Position numbers and translations under genes: made by a program | Shown here: in pieces, positions 20,038 through 29,523 of the stretch | Layout of the letters: each line of letters starts with the position of its first letter | Numbering within the stretch: the first letter of the stretch is position 1 | Source of the DNA: a virus | Length of the DNA stretch: 64,000 bases | Direction: 5' to 3' (one strand) | IMG/VR virus record: IMGVR_UViG_3300025949_000027 | Span: 3,954 to 67,953 of that record | Notes under the pieces: generated by a model | What the model was told of the DNA's origin: nothing | The model's input: only the letters and a program-made list of their open reading frames with translations | Databases searched by the model: none

Positions 20038-21858
20038 ATGGCAACCAACCAAGACGACGATACCGACCTCCTGGAACAGCATGCCGCCGCGCCCGTGCAA
20101 CCAACGGTCGCTGGAGCGCCCATGGTACCCGGCGTGGTCGCGCCTGGGAATCCGATGTTTCCCGAACTTGAGGTCCGCCACAAGGACGGGCCTGACATCA
20201 CCTCGACAACGTCGAAGCCAGCACTGGCTCCCGAGCAGATCGACGCACTGAAGGGTCACAAGGACCTGCTCGAAGGCGCGAAGAAGATCGCCGACGAGAC
20301 CATGGAGCAGAGCCAGGCTACCCACTACCTGGAACAACTCGCACGCGAGAAGGTTGCCGCCGAGACTGCTCGCCAAGAGCAGGCGTACCTAGGCGTTGAC
20401 GACAAGGCGCTAGCGAACATCGACGCCCACGCGGCGCACCTGCGGGACGCCGTGCAGCGGTACGAGTCGATGCCTCTGCCGTCTCTGTTCGGGGATAAGA
20501 CGACCGGCAGGCAAGCGCTGATGGGGCTAGGACTCGCCCTGGGTGCACTCGGAAGCGCGGCGTCTGCACAAGCGAACGCCCGCCTCGGCGGCGGTGGCCA
20601 GGCACCAGATACCGTCGGCGAAATCATCAAGAACGACCTAGACCGCCAGCGGCAGAACATCAAGGAGATGTCAGACCGCGTGGCCATGGCGAAGGCCGGC
20701 GTCGACGACGCTATTCAGGCGCGGAAACTTCTGCTTGCCGACGTGGATGCTCGCGGGGCCACGGCATTCAAGAGAATCGCCGCGATCGCGAAGGCCAACC
20801 TTGGATCCCAGGGGCTTGCCCAGGACGCCATCGACAATCATCAGGCCTACCTGGACGCCCAGAAGAACTACCAGGAGTCAGTCGACCGCACGGTCGCCGG
20901 GCTGACCCAGACGCACACGACATCGGCGCAGCAAGAGGCCGATACGACGACTACGCGCTCTGGGCAGGACAAGGCGCCAAAGGACAGCCTGGCAAGCCTA
21001 CGCCGCGAGCGCATCGCTGCAAATATCGAGGAGTACAATAAGGCAGCCGAAGAACTGAAGAAGCTCGGTCCTGACGTCATCACTCCGGAGGTCCTTGACA
21101 GGGTACAGCGCAACGAGACGGCGCTGCATGCGGCGGATCAGGCGCATGGCATCACTGGCGTCGTTGGCGTCGTCGCAGGACGAGCAGCAGAGTTCGTCCC
21201 CAAGGGGAAATACGACGGTCTGACGGACGACCAGGCGAGAGCGATGCAGGCAATCGACACCATGCTTCAGCATGGGTCAGAGATGCAGCCGTCTACCGGC
21301 GTCGAGGTGTCAGAGCAGTGGAAGGGCACGAATCGGCCGAAGCCTGGCACGTCCCAGGACGTGGTGAACGAACGACTCAAGCACCTGATCCAGGCCGGAC
21401 AGGACTACCGTGCGATCATTGATCCGAACCGCATTGGCTCACGGGCCGACGCTGCTGCCGCAGGCGAGCCGGCTCCGTCGTTTCTGGCCAAGCCTGGCGC
21501 CGTCAGCGGCAACTCCGTCCGCAACCTGACTCCATCGGCGGTCCCGCAGGCAGTGAACCCAGATGACCCTAACGCGGCGAACGCAAGCCGGCCGCTCGAG
21601 GAAGATGCGGGCGCCGAAGAGTTGCCACCGGCAACCAAGGCGACGCCCACTACCAAGACGTTCCAGGGCAAGGCAGGGAATCACGCCCCCGCCACGATGC
21701 AGCCGATGAAGGCGCCGGCAGCTTCCGCGACGCCTGACATTCCCCGGACACTGACGCCGGCAAAGATCAAGTTCATCGAGCAGGCGAAGAAGGAGCATTT
21801 CATGCCGCCGCCGAACGTTTTGAAGGAACTCGGCTTGACCCAGGAGGACTTCGACTAA
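20038..21858 (+). CDS. Putative internal virion/ejection protein
   Basis: Helical, with hydrophobic ALMGLGLALGALGSAA segment; ATG 20038 after GAGG. Confidence 0.6.
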   Translation: MATNQDDDTDLLEQHAAAPVQPTVAGAPMVPGVVAPGNPMFPELEVRHKDGPDITSTTSKPALAPEQIDALKGHKDLLEGAKKIADETMEQSQATHYLEQLAREKVAAETARQEQAYLGVDDKALANIDAHAAHLRDAVQRYESMPLPSLFGDKTTGRQALMGLGLALGALGSAASAQANARLGGGGQAPDTVGEIIKNDLDRQRQNIKEMSDRVAMAKAGVDDAIQARKLLLADVDARGATAFKRIAAIAKANLGSQGLAQDAIDNHQAYLDAQKNYQESVDRTVAGLTQTHTTSAQQEADTTTTRSGQDKAPKDSLASLRRERIAANIEEYNKAAEELKKLGPDVITPEVLDRVQRNETALHAADQAHGITGVVGVVAGRAAEFVPKGKYDGLTDDQARAMQAIDTMLQHGSEMQPSTGVEVSEQWKGTNRPKPGTSQDVVNERLKHLIQAGQDYRAIIDPNRIGSRADAAAAGEPAPSFLAKPGAVSGNSVRNLTPSAVPQAVNPDDPNAANASRPLEEDAGAEELPPATKATPTTKTFQGKAGNHAPATMQPMKAPAASATPDIPRTLTPAKIKFIEQAKKEHFMPPPNVLKELGLTQEDFD

Positions 21859-23741
21859 TGGCCGATCCGATCAGCCCTGAACTGCTGGCGGCCTATCGTG
21901 AGGCGCTGTCCGAGACGAGCCGCGCTCCTATCGCTGCGCCTGACGTGCCAACGTCCGTTCCTGCTGCGCCCGCCGCTGCAGCAGCGGCCCCCGGTGGCGA
22001 CATGGTGTCCAAGTTCCTGGCCGGTGCCTCGCCGCAGACCCACGCCGCGATCCAGGACTTCCACGACGGTCCGAATGGAAACGACCCTGACCAGCGGGTA
22101 CGCGACCTGCTGGCGAAGCAGTACCCGCCTGGCATGTCGGCGAAGGACATCACGGCGAAGCTGGCGGCCGACAAGGCGGCGGTGGGTAAGAGCGTCGGGC
22201 CTGGCGAGACATTCCTGTCCCAGTTCGCCAACAGCGCCGGCCTTGGTTTCGGAGACGAGGCGGGGGCGGCTACGCAGCGAGCCTACGACATGGTGACTGG
22301 AACGCCGTCGTCATACACGGCGATCCGAGACAACATGCGCGCGCGGAGAGAGGCCGGATCGGCACAGCACCGCGGGGCTTCGATCGCTGGCGACCTGGCG
22401 GGCGGGGCGCTACTGGGGGCCATGATCCCCGTGCCGTCGACCCTCGGCCGAGCCACGGCCCTCGGGGCCGGATTCGGGGCTGCATCTGGAGCAGGCAACA
22501 GCGACGCGGACATCGACTCGACGCAGTTCGCTGGTGATGTCGTCAAGGGCGCCGGAATCGGCGGCATGGCCGGGGCCGCCGGCTACAAGCTGACGAAGTA
22601 CATCAACGATGCCCCGGAGCGCCAGACTGACGCGACCATGCGGAAGATCGTTGGCCGAGGAGGGGAGGGCGCCCAGAAGGAGGCCGATGCCGTCCAGGAC
22701 TCGGTCCTCTATGCGCTGAAGGAGCACCCCGAGGTCAAGTCGACCGTGGGCCAGCCCAAGGAAACGATCCGCACCGCCGAGACGGCGATCGCCGGTCGCA
22801 GCGCTGGAAATACCAGCATTTACGACGGGGCGACGGAAGTATCTGCCAAGGCTGCGGAGAAGTCTGCCCAGGCGGAAGCGGCCCGCCTTCAGTCCCTCGC
22901 CGAAGAGGCCGAGCACGAGGCCGAGAAGAAGGCCGGAACCATCCCGGCGATTCAGAAGGCCATCGAACGGCACAGCAAGAACGCCGACAAGTACGTCAAC
23001 CCCGATCTCAACGCCAGGGCGGCTATGAACGCGTCCAAGCGAGAGATTGAACTGGCGGAGACTCAGGCCGCCATCGATGCCGCCAAGGAACAGGCGGCCT
23101 CCCTGCGCGCCCAGGCGCAGGCGGCGATTGAGAACGGTGCTGCCGGCGGTGGCGTGGCCACCGATGCCATCAAGGACGCCATCTCCAAGAGCGGCGTCCC
23201 GGGTCGCGATCATGGCCCAGCGATCGCCAAGTTCGGCAAGGCTCTGGACGAGCTGGCCGGTGGACGTTCGCGGATACCGGCGCGCGAGGTGCGCGACTGG
23301 ATCACCGACTACCTCGGGCCGAACACGATGCCATCCGCCGAGACCACGACCGAGCAGGCCAAGCAAGGCGCCAGGATCGCCGCCCGCGACGTCCTGACAA
23401 AGCACGTCGCGGACACGCTGGGGGAAGACGCGGCCAAGCAGGTCGCCGACAACAACCGTGCCATCACGGGTCTGTCGACGATCCGCGACATCGCCGAGAC
23501 GAACGCGCGCAAGGGACGCTACCGCCCGGAAGACCTACAGGGCCAGGGGTTCAAGGCGTCTACCATCGGCAAGGTAAAGCACGCGATCGGTGACGCAGCT
23601 ACGGCCGTCGCTGGAAGCGCCCCGATCCAGGCCGCGGGCGGGAGTGCGATCGGAAACGGTGTCGCTGGCGCCGTGGCTCAGCCCGCAATCGACCTGGCCA
23701 CTCTTCGGGCGAAGGCGAAGCAGACCATCTTCGGTGACTGA
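21858..23741 (+). CDS. Putative internal virion/ejection protein
   Basis: AGLGFGDE motif and Gly/Ala membrane-like helices typical of podovirus ejectosome proteins; TAATG coupling. Confidence 0.65.
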   Translation: MADPISPELLAAYREALSETSRAPIAAPDVPTSVPAAPAAAAAAPGGDMVSKFLAGASPQTHAAIQDFHDGPNGNDPDQRVRDLLAKQYPPGMSAKDITAKLAADKAAVGKSVGPGETFLSQFANSAGLGFGDEAGAATQRAYDMVTGTPSSYTAIRDNMRARREAGSAQHRGASIAGDLAGGALLGAMIPVPSTLGRATALGAGFGAASGAGNSDADIDSTQFAGDVVKGAGIGGMAGAAGYKLTKYINDAPERQTDATMRKIVGRGGEGAQKEADAVQDSVLYALKEHPEVKSTVGQPKETIRTAETAIAGRSAGNTSIYDGATEVSAKAAEKSAQAEAARLQSLAEEAEHEAEKKAGTIPAIQKAIERHSKNADKYVNPDLNARAAMNASKREIELAETQAAIDAAKEQAASLRAQAQAAIENGAAGGGVATDAIKDAISKSGVPGRDHGPAIAKFGKALDELAGGRSRIPAREVRDWITDYLGPNTMPSAETTTEQAKQGARIAARDVLTKHVADTLGEDAAKQVADNNRAITGLSTIRDIAETNARKGRYRPEDLQGQGFKASTIGKVKHAIGDAATAVAGSAPIQAAGGSAIGNGVAGAVAQPAIDLATLRAKAKQTIFGD

Positions 23742-24328
23742 TGGAAAGGTCATGGCTCAAGATGCCCCCGCGTAAGCCGCCGGACGACCCCGAGACGATC
23801 GATCTCGTGTCGTTCAACGCCAGGGCGAACCTGCTGGAGCAGAAGACCGGAAAGGTGCCTGCGTTCGTTACCTACGTCCGCCAGAACGGTCCCAAGCTCA
23901 CCTTCGACGAGTGGGGCCAGGCTCTCCCCCTGTCCCCCATGGAGCAGTCAGACCTGGACAGGTTGGTTGCCGTGCTGATGGACCCGGTGACCAGGTTCCG
24001 GGACTTGCTGACGTGCGGGCGCCTAAACGACGACGAGGTACAGGCTGTCTCCGCAGTCTATCCGGAGGTGTACGCCGCTGTCGTGAATGCGGCCGTCAAG
24101 GACATGATCGTGGCCCAGCCGCCGTTCGCGCTCTGGGCACAGTCGGTACTTGGAATCCTGTTCCAGAAGCCCGCGACGGAGATGTACGCGAGCACCATCA
24201 ACGCCACCGACGAGATCGGACGGCCAAAGGAGAACCGCGCCAGCCCTGGCCTGGCGTCTCCCCCCGACGCCATCCCAACGCCACAGGACCGCCGAGACAC
24301 CGCAATTCGCCAGCAGGCGAGGAAATAG
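23741..24328 (+). CDS. Hypothetical protein (resembles the C-terminal part of large internal virion proteins)
   Basis: TGATG coupling; V.DP..L..G.L..DEVQAV.AVYPEVY motif. Confidence 0.65.
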   Translation: MERSWLKMPPRKPPDDPETIDLVSFNARANLLEQKTGKVPAFVTYVRQNGPKLTFDEWGQALPLSPMEQSDLDRLVAVLMDPVTRFRDLLTCGRLNDDEVQAVSAVYPEVYAAVVNAAVKDMIVAQPPFALWAQSVLGILFQKPATEMYASTINATDEIGRPKENRASPGLASPPDAIPTPQDRRDTAIRQQARK

Positions 24329-24337
24329 GACAGACCC

Positions 24338-24748
24338 ATGGCATTCCAGCAATCGATCCAATGGAAGAACGCCCTCAACGCCACGCTCGCATCTGGCAAC
24401 ACCGTTGCCCAGGTGATCATCCCATTCCAAGGCCGACACTCGTTCAGCGCCGTGGAGTCCTACAACCAGGATGCCACGCACACGCTTGTTGCGACGCTCG
24501 CGCTCGAGATCTCAAACGACTATGACCGGCGCAACCCGACGCAGGCTACGTGGGATCCGGTAACTGACGCCGCCATCGTGGCGTGGTTGACCACAGACGC
24601 TACGGCGACACCAAAGGGCGGGAAGCCGAATGGATCCGCTGGCACGGGATCCATGGTGATTGATCCGCTGCGCGCTGCGGCTCTGCGCTGGACCGCGACA
24701 TGGGTGTCTGGAACCGGAAGCTACAAGCTCGACGTCGACATGGAGTAA
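24338..24748 (+). CDS. Small beta-sandwich structural protein
   Basis: LALEISND..TWDPV..ALRWTATW pattern; 136 aa. Confidence 0.6.
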   Translation: MAFQQSIQWKNALNATLASGNTVAQVIIPFQGRHSFSAVESYNQDATHTLVATLALEISNDYDRRNPTQATWDPVTDAAIVAWLTTDATATPKGGKPNGSAGTGSMVIDPLRAAALRWTATWVSGTGSYKLDVDME

Positions 24749-24754
24749 CGGAAT

Positions 24755-25759
24755 ATGGCATCTCTGATCAAAGGACTCGGCGCGACCGCCAACGTCAGTT
24801 CGGCATCTGGGACCCTTCCCGTCGCTAACGGAGGTACCGGGAGAACATCCGGGGCCGGGGCCGACGTCCAGACCTTCACTGCCAATGGCACGTGGATAAG
24901 GCCTACCGGAAACTACGGATCTTGTCGCGTCATCGTCACCGGATGCGGTGGCCCTGGCGGCGGCGGTCCCATCGTGGCGACGTCGACCGCGGCGAGCGGA
25001 GGAGGAGGAGGAGGAGGAGGCGGTCAGTCCGATGTGACGTTCCCGTTTTCGCTCATGCCATCGACGGCTGCCGTGGTTGTGCCAACGGCTCCCGCGGGCG
25101 GGGCCGGGGCAACGGTGAGCGGCCCGGGGGCTACCGGCGCTGGAGCAGCTGCGGTGACGTTCGACAACCCGGCGTCGCTGACCTACGTGCAGGCGTACTC
25201 GGGCGGTGCCGGATTCGGCGGCCTGGCGAGCAGCGGGGCCGGCGGCGGTGGCGGAGCCGGGATCGGTGGCAATGGCGGCAACTCATCGGGCGGCGCTGGA
25301 ACCGCAGGATCGTTCGGCGGCGGCGCGGGTGGTGCTGGCGGAGCTGGAGCGAACGCTTCAATCTACGGCGGGGGCGCTGGCGGAGGTGGAACTGGCGGAG
25401 CAGGCGGTGCGGGCAACGCCGGAGGCGTCGGGAACTTCGGGTGTGGCGGCGGCGGCAGCGGTGGTGGCATCACGTCTGCTAACGCGGTAGGAAGCGGCGC
25501 CGCAGGCGGCATGGCGGCGGGCTCACGTGGTACCGCTTCGGCCGGATCGGCCAACAGCGCGACCGCCCTCGGTGATGGAACGATGTCAGGCGGGGGTGGC
25601 GGAGGCGGCGGCGGAAAGACGACTACGTCCGGCGGTGACGGCGCGAATGGCCAGTTTCCAGGAGGCGGCGCGGGCGGCGGGGGCGCTACTCAGACCGGAA
25701 CGCGCGGCGGTAACGGAGGCACGGGCGGCGGCGGTCAGGTGACAGTCATCTGTGATTGA
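24755..25759 (+). CDS. Glycine-rich tail fibre/adhesin
   Basis: SGTLPVANGGTG fibre motif, QTFTANGTWIRPTG, polyglycine tracts; paralogous to 12042-13199. Confidence 0.75.
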   Translation: MASLIKGLGATANVSSASGTLPVANGGTGRTSGAGADVQTFTANGTWIRPTGNYGSCRVIVTGCGGPGGGGPIVATSTAASGGGGGGGGGQSDVTFPFSLMPSTAAVVVPTAPAGGAGATVSGPGATGAGAAAVTFDNPASLTYVQAYSGGAGFGGLASSGAGGGGGAGIGGNGGNSSGGAGTAGSFGGGAGGAGGAGANASIYGGGAGGGGTGGAGGAGNAGGVGNFGCGGGGSGGGITSANAVGSGAAGGMAAGSRGTASAGSANSATALGDGTMSGGGGGGGGGKTTTSGGDGANGQFPGGGAGGGGATQTGTRGGNGGTGGGGQVTVICD

Positions 25760-26614
25760 CTGGCGATAACTGCTTCACCCCAAACACCAAAACTAGGCGT
25801 CTTCGCCGGTAACTCCACGTCTGCTGTCCAGCAGTTCGAGACGTGGCTGGGAAGGAACGTTGACGGTATCCTTGGGTTCACTGGCCAGACCGACTGGGCT
25901 GATTTCGAAGGGTCGATCCCGTTCGCGATCAACATCTGGAAGGGCCTGGACCGACCGGTGTTCTGGACGATACCTCTGATCGTCACGGGTGCCACGCTAG
26001 ACGACGCAGCGGCCGGCCTCTTCGATGGCCACTACCTCGTAGCGGCTACGGCGTTGGCCGCGTTTCGTCCGCAGGACGCGCAAATCTACATCCGCACCGG
26101 CTGGGAACTCAACGGCAACTGGTTCCCATGGGCTGCACAAGGACACGAGGCCGCGTACATCGCAGCCTTCCGCCGGTTCGTGTCGGTCTTCCGATCGGTG
26201 TCAAACCGCTTCGTATTCGAGTGGAACGTCAACTGTGGTGGATCCTGGGACCCCTCGACCGCATACCCGGGGGACGACGTCGTCGACATCATCGGCATGG
26301 ACGTCTACTGGCAGACGGCTTTCGACGGTACTGACCCGATCGTAGCTTGGAAGAACAAGGTCACCGGTAGCTGGGGGCTCGGCTGGCATCAGACCTTCGC
26401 CGCGCAACGAGGCAAGCCTACGGCCTACCCCGAGTGGGGGATCCAATCCGATCTAGCCGCGCCGTACATCGACCTAGCCCGGCAATGGTTCGCGGCCCAC
26501 CACGTGAAGTACCAGACCTACTGGAATTCGGCTTCTAGCTTCAACGGTACGCTGTCCAATGAGCAGTACCCGACGGCGGGAACCATGTACAAGAGCCTGT
26601 TCCGTATGCGGTGA
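25760..26614 (+). CDS. Glycoside hydrolase family 26 domain (no canonical start at the domain N-terminus)
   Basis: IRTGWELNGNWFPW (acid/base Glu), YPGDDVVDIIGMDVY, KPTAYPEWG (nucleophile); frame open from 25760. Confidence 0.85.
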   Translation: MAITASPQTPKLGVFAGNSTSAVQQFETWLGRNVDGILGFTGQTDWADFEGSIPFAINIWKGLDRPVFWTIPLIVTGATLDDAAAGLFDGHYLVAATALAAFRPQDAQIYIRTGWELNGNWFPWAAQGHEAAYIAAFRRFVSVFRSVSNRFVFEWNVNCGGSWDPSTAYPGDDVVDIIGMDVYWQTAFDGTDPIVAWKNKVTGSWGLGWHQTFAAQRGKPTAYPEWGIQSDLAAPYIDLARQWFAAHHVKYQTYWNSASSFNGTLSNEQYPTAGTMYKSLFRMR

Positions 26615-26627
26615 CCGGACCGGTCGC

Positions 26628-26756
26628 CTATTGCATGGCGCCGGGACCTGACGGTCCCCTGCGTTCTAGGTAGTCGGCCATTTCGGATAGGTCATCTTCC
26701 GAGAAGTTCTCGTCGTTCCCCGCGATGGGATGCTGTGTGTCGGTGTCGGTCTGCAT
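26628..26756 (-). CDS. 42-aa acidic peptide (not in ORF track)
   Basis: GGGAGAG SD then MQTDTDTQHPIAGNDENFSEDDLSEMADYLERRGPSGPGAMQ*. Confidence 0.5.
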   Translation of the reverse strand: MQTDTDTQHPIAGNDENFSEDDLSEMADYLERRGPSGPGAMQ

Positions 26757-26843
26757 GGTTGCTCTCCCCTCGGGCGACATGCCCAGTACCATAGTCAGGG
26801 CGGATTAAAGAGCGTTTCCGCCTGGTTTGCGGCCGGTAAGTCG

Positions 26844-26946
26844 TTGACACTATTTCCGGAACATGCTCAAATTCAGGTGAGCCAAGCGGTCCAGGCCCAA
26901 GCGTTCAACATGGCCAAGCTCGAACGTCTGTTCGTGCGAGGTCGTC
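26844..26946 (+). promoter_or_regulatory. Late promoter plus conserved leader element, copy 3 (lysis operon)
   Basis: TTGACA(26844)-17 nt ending TGC-TCAAAT(26867); GTGAGCCAAGCG..GGCCCAAGCG..GGCCAAGCTCGAAC..GTTCGTGCGAGGT before ATG 26947. Confidence 0.85.
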
Positions 26947-27381
26947 ATGTTTTCAGGACGCTCTGTTTCTTCGGTCCGTAGTCTGATCGCTTGCGCCGCG
27001 CTGGTCGCGGTTGTCGTTTGCGGGACTTCCTGTGCCACCACTGGCACCCCCGGCCCGGCCGCCTCCGTTCCCGCCCAGATTGCCGCCGACTGCGGGGCGC
27101 CCGTCCTGCGAGACGAGGCCACGCATCTGGTCGACGACGTCGCGTCTGCCCTGGAGACGTCGACCGACTGGCAGGCCGCGCTGAAGGCCCTCGGGAACAC
27201 GCAATACGACCGCCTGAAGGCCGACACCTGGCCGGCCATCAAGTGCGCCGTGGGCGAAGTCCTGGGGCGGACCGACGCGCAGCTCGCGGCCCGCTCAATG
27301 ATGGACGAGGACGCGGCGAAGCTGACCCAGCGGCGGCACGACCGGGCGGCGCAGTGGCTGTCGGAGCACCCCGCGCCGTGA
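26947..27381 (+). CDS. Putative lipoprotein (possible spanin-like role)
   Basis: Hydrophobic signal ending VVVCGTSC; first gene of the operon that contains the lysis genes. Confidence 0.6.
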   Translation: MFSGRSVSSVRSLIACAALVAVVVCGTSCATTGTPGPAASVPAQIAADCGAPVLRDEATHLVDDVASALETSTDWQAALKALGNTQYDRLKADTWPAIKCAVGEVLGRTDAQLAARSMMDEDAAKLTQRRHDRAAQWLSEHPAP

Positions 27382-27677
27382 GACTGATCGATCTGCGCCC
27401 GAAGTGGGCGATCGACGCCGATATCGTCGTCGGCGGCCAGAGCGTCCACAATGAGCACCGCGAGGGGATGGCGGTCTCGTTCGACTGTCCTCACTGCCGG
27501 ACCACCCGCCTGTGCGTGTTTTTCAAGAACCCGATCGACGGCGGGCTGCCATCGGATGACGGGCTGCTGTGGCAGCGAACCGGCGAGACGTTCGAGACGC
27601 TGTCGCTTTCACCGTCGGTTGACGTGAGCGCGCACGGACACTGGCACGGGTTCATCAGCAACGGCGAGGCCACCTGA
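27378..27677 (+). CDS. DUF6527-like small zinc-binding protein
   Basis: FDCPHC..WQRTG..LSLSPSV..HWHGFISNG; GTGA overlap start. Confidence 0.7.
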   Translation: MRLIDLRPKWAIDADIVVGGQSVHNEHREGMAVSFDCPHCRTTRLCVFFKNPIDGGLPSDDGLLWQRTGETFETLSLSPSVDVSAHGHWHGFISNGEAT

Positions 27678-28363
27678 TGGCCGTCGTCGCCGTCATCAAC
27701 CGGTCGAAACTCGACGACGCCGATGTCGCCTTCTTCGCGGCCGGCGTCGATGCCCAGTTGCGCGAGGATTTCATCCCCGCGTGGCATGGGCTGACCTACA
27801 CGCCGGTCACGTTCTTCTCCTCGACGGCAAACCTCCCCGTGGCGTCGGGCATCGCCCGCCTGCTCATCATCCAGGACACGATCGACCAGGAGGGCGCCGC
27901 CGGGTACCACGACTTCGTTGGCGTCCCCCGGTCGATCATCCTGGCCAACGGCCAGCAGACCTCCGTGACCATGAGCCACGAGGCGTGCGAGATGACGGCG
28001 GACCCCAACGCGGACAAGTGGGTGCCGCTCGGCGACGGCAGGGAGACCGCCCTGGAGGTGTGCGATCCGGTCGAGATCGACACCTACGCGAAGTTGGTGA
28101 CGGTCATGGGCGCCGAACGGTACGTCGTGGTCTCGAACTTTGTTCTGCCGTCGTGGTTCCAGCCGACCGGCCGCGGCCCCTTCGACCAGATGGGAACCGT
28201 CTCCCAGGCGCTGGAGTCGTCCCCCGGTGGCTACCAAATCATCTTGGCGCCCGATGGCTCCGTCTCTGACGTCTGGGGCAGCCAGGAAGCCAAGGCCGCC
28301 CGCCGGGGGACGAAGGTTGCCAACGCTACGAGCCGGTCCTTCCGGCGTGGACTGCGGGCCTGA
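27677..28363 (+). CDS. Putative zincin-like metalloprotein
   Basis: AAGYH..SHEACEMTADP..EVCDPVE..VSNFVLPSWF. Confidence 0.65.
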   Translation: MAVVAVINRSKLDDADVAFFAAGVDAQLREDFIPAWHGLTYTPVTFFSSTANLPVASGIARLLIIQDTIDQEGAAGYHDFVGVPRSIILANGQQTSVTMSHEACEMTADPNADKWVPLGDGRETALEVCDPVEIDTYAKLVTVMGAERYVVVSNFVLPSWFQPTGRGPFDQMGTVSQALESSPGGYQIILAPDGSVSDVWGSQEAKAARRGTKVANATSRSFRRGLRA

Positions 28364-28377
28364 ACAACGAAAGGACT

Positions 28378-28665
28378 GTGATGACACCTCCGTTTCACCT
28401 GACCACCAAGGCGCTGACGATCCTGGCCCTCTGCATGGCAGTCGCCATGTGGTTTTTCAAGGCAGCCAAGGGGCTCCACATGCCGTTCGGGATGACCACC
28501 GACGACGTGCTGACGGGCCTCGGGAATCTCGGGATCTTGCTGGGCATCAACGGCGCTGGCCTGCTTCCAGGGCAAACCCTGCTGAAGAACGCCGACGCCG
28601 TCCGCGAGCAGATCGCCGTGCAGGCCACTCAAATCGCCGACGACAAGGAAGCGGTCAAGCCGTAA
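28378..28665 (+). CDS. Putative holin
   Basis: 95 aa, two hydrophobic segments, charged C-terminus, GTG-ATG adjacent starts. Confidence 0.55.
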   Translation: MMTPPFHLTTKALTILALCMAVAMWFFKAAKGLHMPFGMTTDDVLTGLGNLGILLGINGAGLLPGQTLLKNADAVREQIAVQATQIADDKEAVKP

Positions 28666-28669
28666 CCCC

Positions 28670-29086
28670 ATGCGCCCGTCCGACCGCTCACGGCCGTTCC
28701 GATCGATTCCCGCCGTCGTCGAAGACGATGAGCCGGGAGTCCCGGACCTGCGCGCGAAAAATCCCCTTCGCCGGCCGCTGACGAAGACGGTCAAGGAAGT
28801 CGCGACCCTGATCGGGGCCCTCGTTGCGATCGGCGGGTACGCGCTCGGCGGCGGCCGGTGGCTCCTCAAGCAGGCGGACATCGCGAAGAAGGCCGACATA
28901 GCGGCAGCCAACGCGCCGATCGTCGAATCGATCAAGACGTCCGACAGGCAGCGGGCGAAGGACAAGGCCGAGATCAAGGCAGAGCTCAAGGCCGCACAGG
29001 ACGAGCGCCATGCCCTGGCGACGTCCGTCCAGGACATCAAGCGCGCGCTCCGCAAGATGCGTCCCGCCCAGAAGGATCTCCCGTGA
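28670..29086 (+). CDS. Single-TM coiled-coil protein (lysis-associated?)
   Basis: VATLIGALVAIGGYALGG followed by a coiled coil. Confidence 0.55.
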   Translation: MRPSDRSRPFRSIPAVVEDDEPGVPDLRAKNPLRRPLTKTVKEVATLIGALVAIGGYALGGGRWLLKQADIAKKADIAAANAPIVESIKTSDRQRAKDKAEIKAELKAAQDERHALATSVQDIKRALRKMRPAQKDLP

Positions 29087-29145
29087 CAGTAACCCAACCA
29101 CATAGCCCGTGCCCATCGAGGACCGCCGGGCGGAAACGATGAGGA

Positions 29146-29523
29146 ATGACGGATGAGAAACTGGACAAGCGCGCGAACGGGAGCGGGGGGGGCTGGTCCG
29201 GGGGTGGCGGTTCCCGCCGTTCGTCAGTACGCCGTGGCTACCGGGAGACGGAGCGGGTCCTTGAAGGAATCAGAGACCATTTCTCGGCTTTCTTCGATGC
29301 TCTCTACTTCTCACGCGGGGCTTCTGGCGTTCGTGGAGCGACTGCGCGCCGAGAACTCGCCGCCCGGCTAGACGAGTCGTTCTCGATGCTGCCCCACATC
29401 ACCGGTCTGCTTCGTGTCGAGGCCGTCGACATGGAGCGCGAGGCCCGAGATGAAGCTGAACGCGAGGCGGCCGAGGTGGCCAAGGCAGAGACGAAGGCGA
29501 AGGAAGAGAACGCAGGCAAGTGA
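29146..29523 (+). CDS. Hypothetical protein
   Basis: 125-aa ORF coupled to the next gene. Confidence 0.55.
   Translation: MTDEKLDKRANGSGGGWSGGGGSRRSSVRRGYRETERVLEGIRDHFSAFFDALYFSRGASGVRGATARRELAARLDESFSMLPHITGLLRVEAVDMEREARDEAEREAAEVAKAETKAKEENAGK

Noticed and set aside
18138-23741. Tape measure protein
   Set aside because: Three separate ~600-aa proteins after a nozzle-type gene, with no tail tube or chaperone genes, fit ejection proteins better
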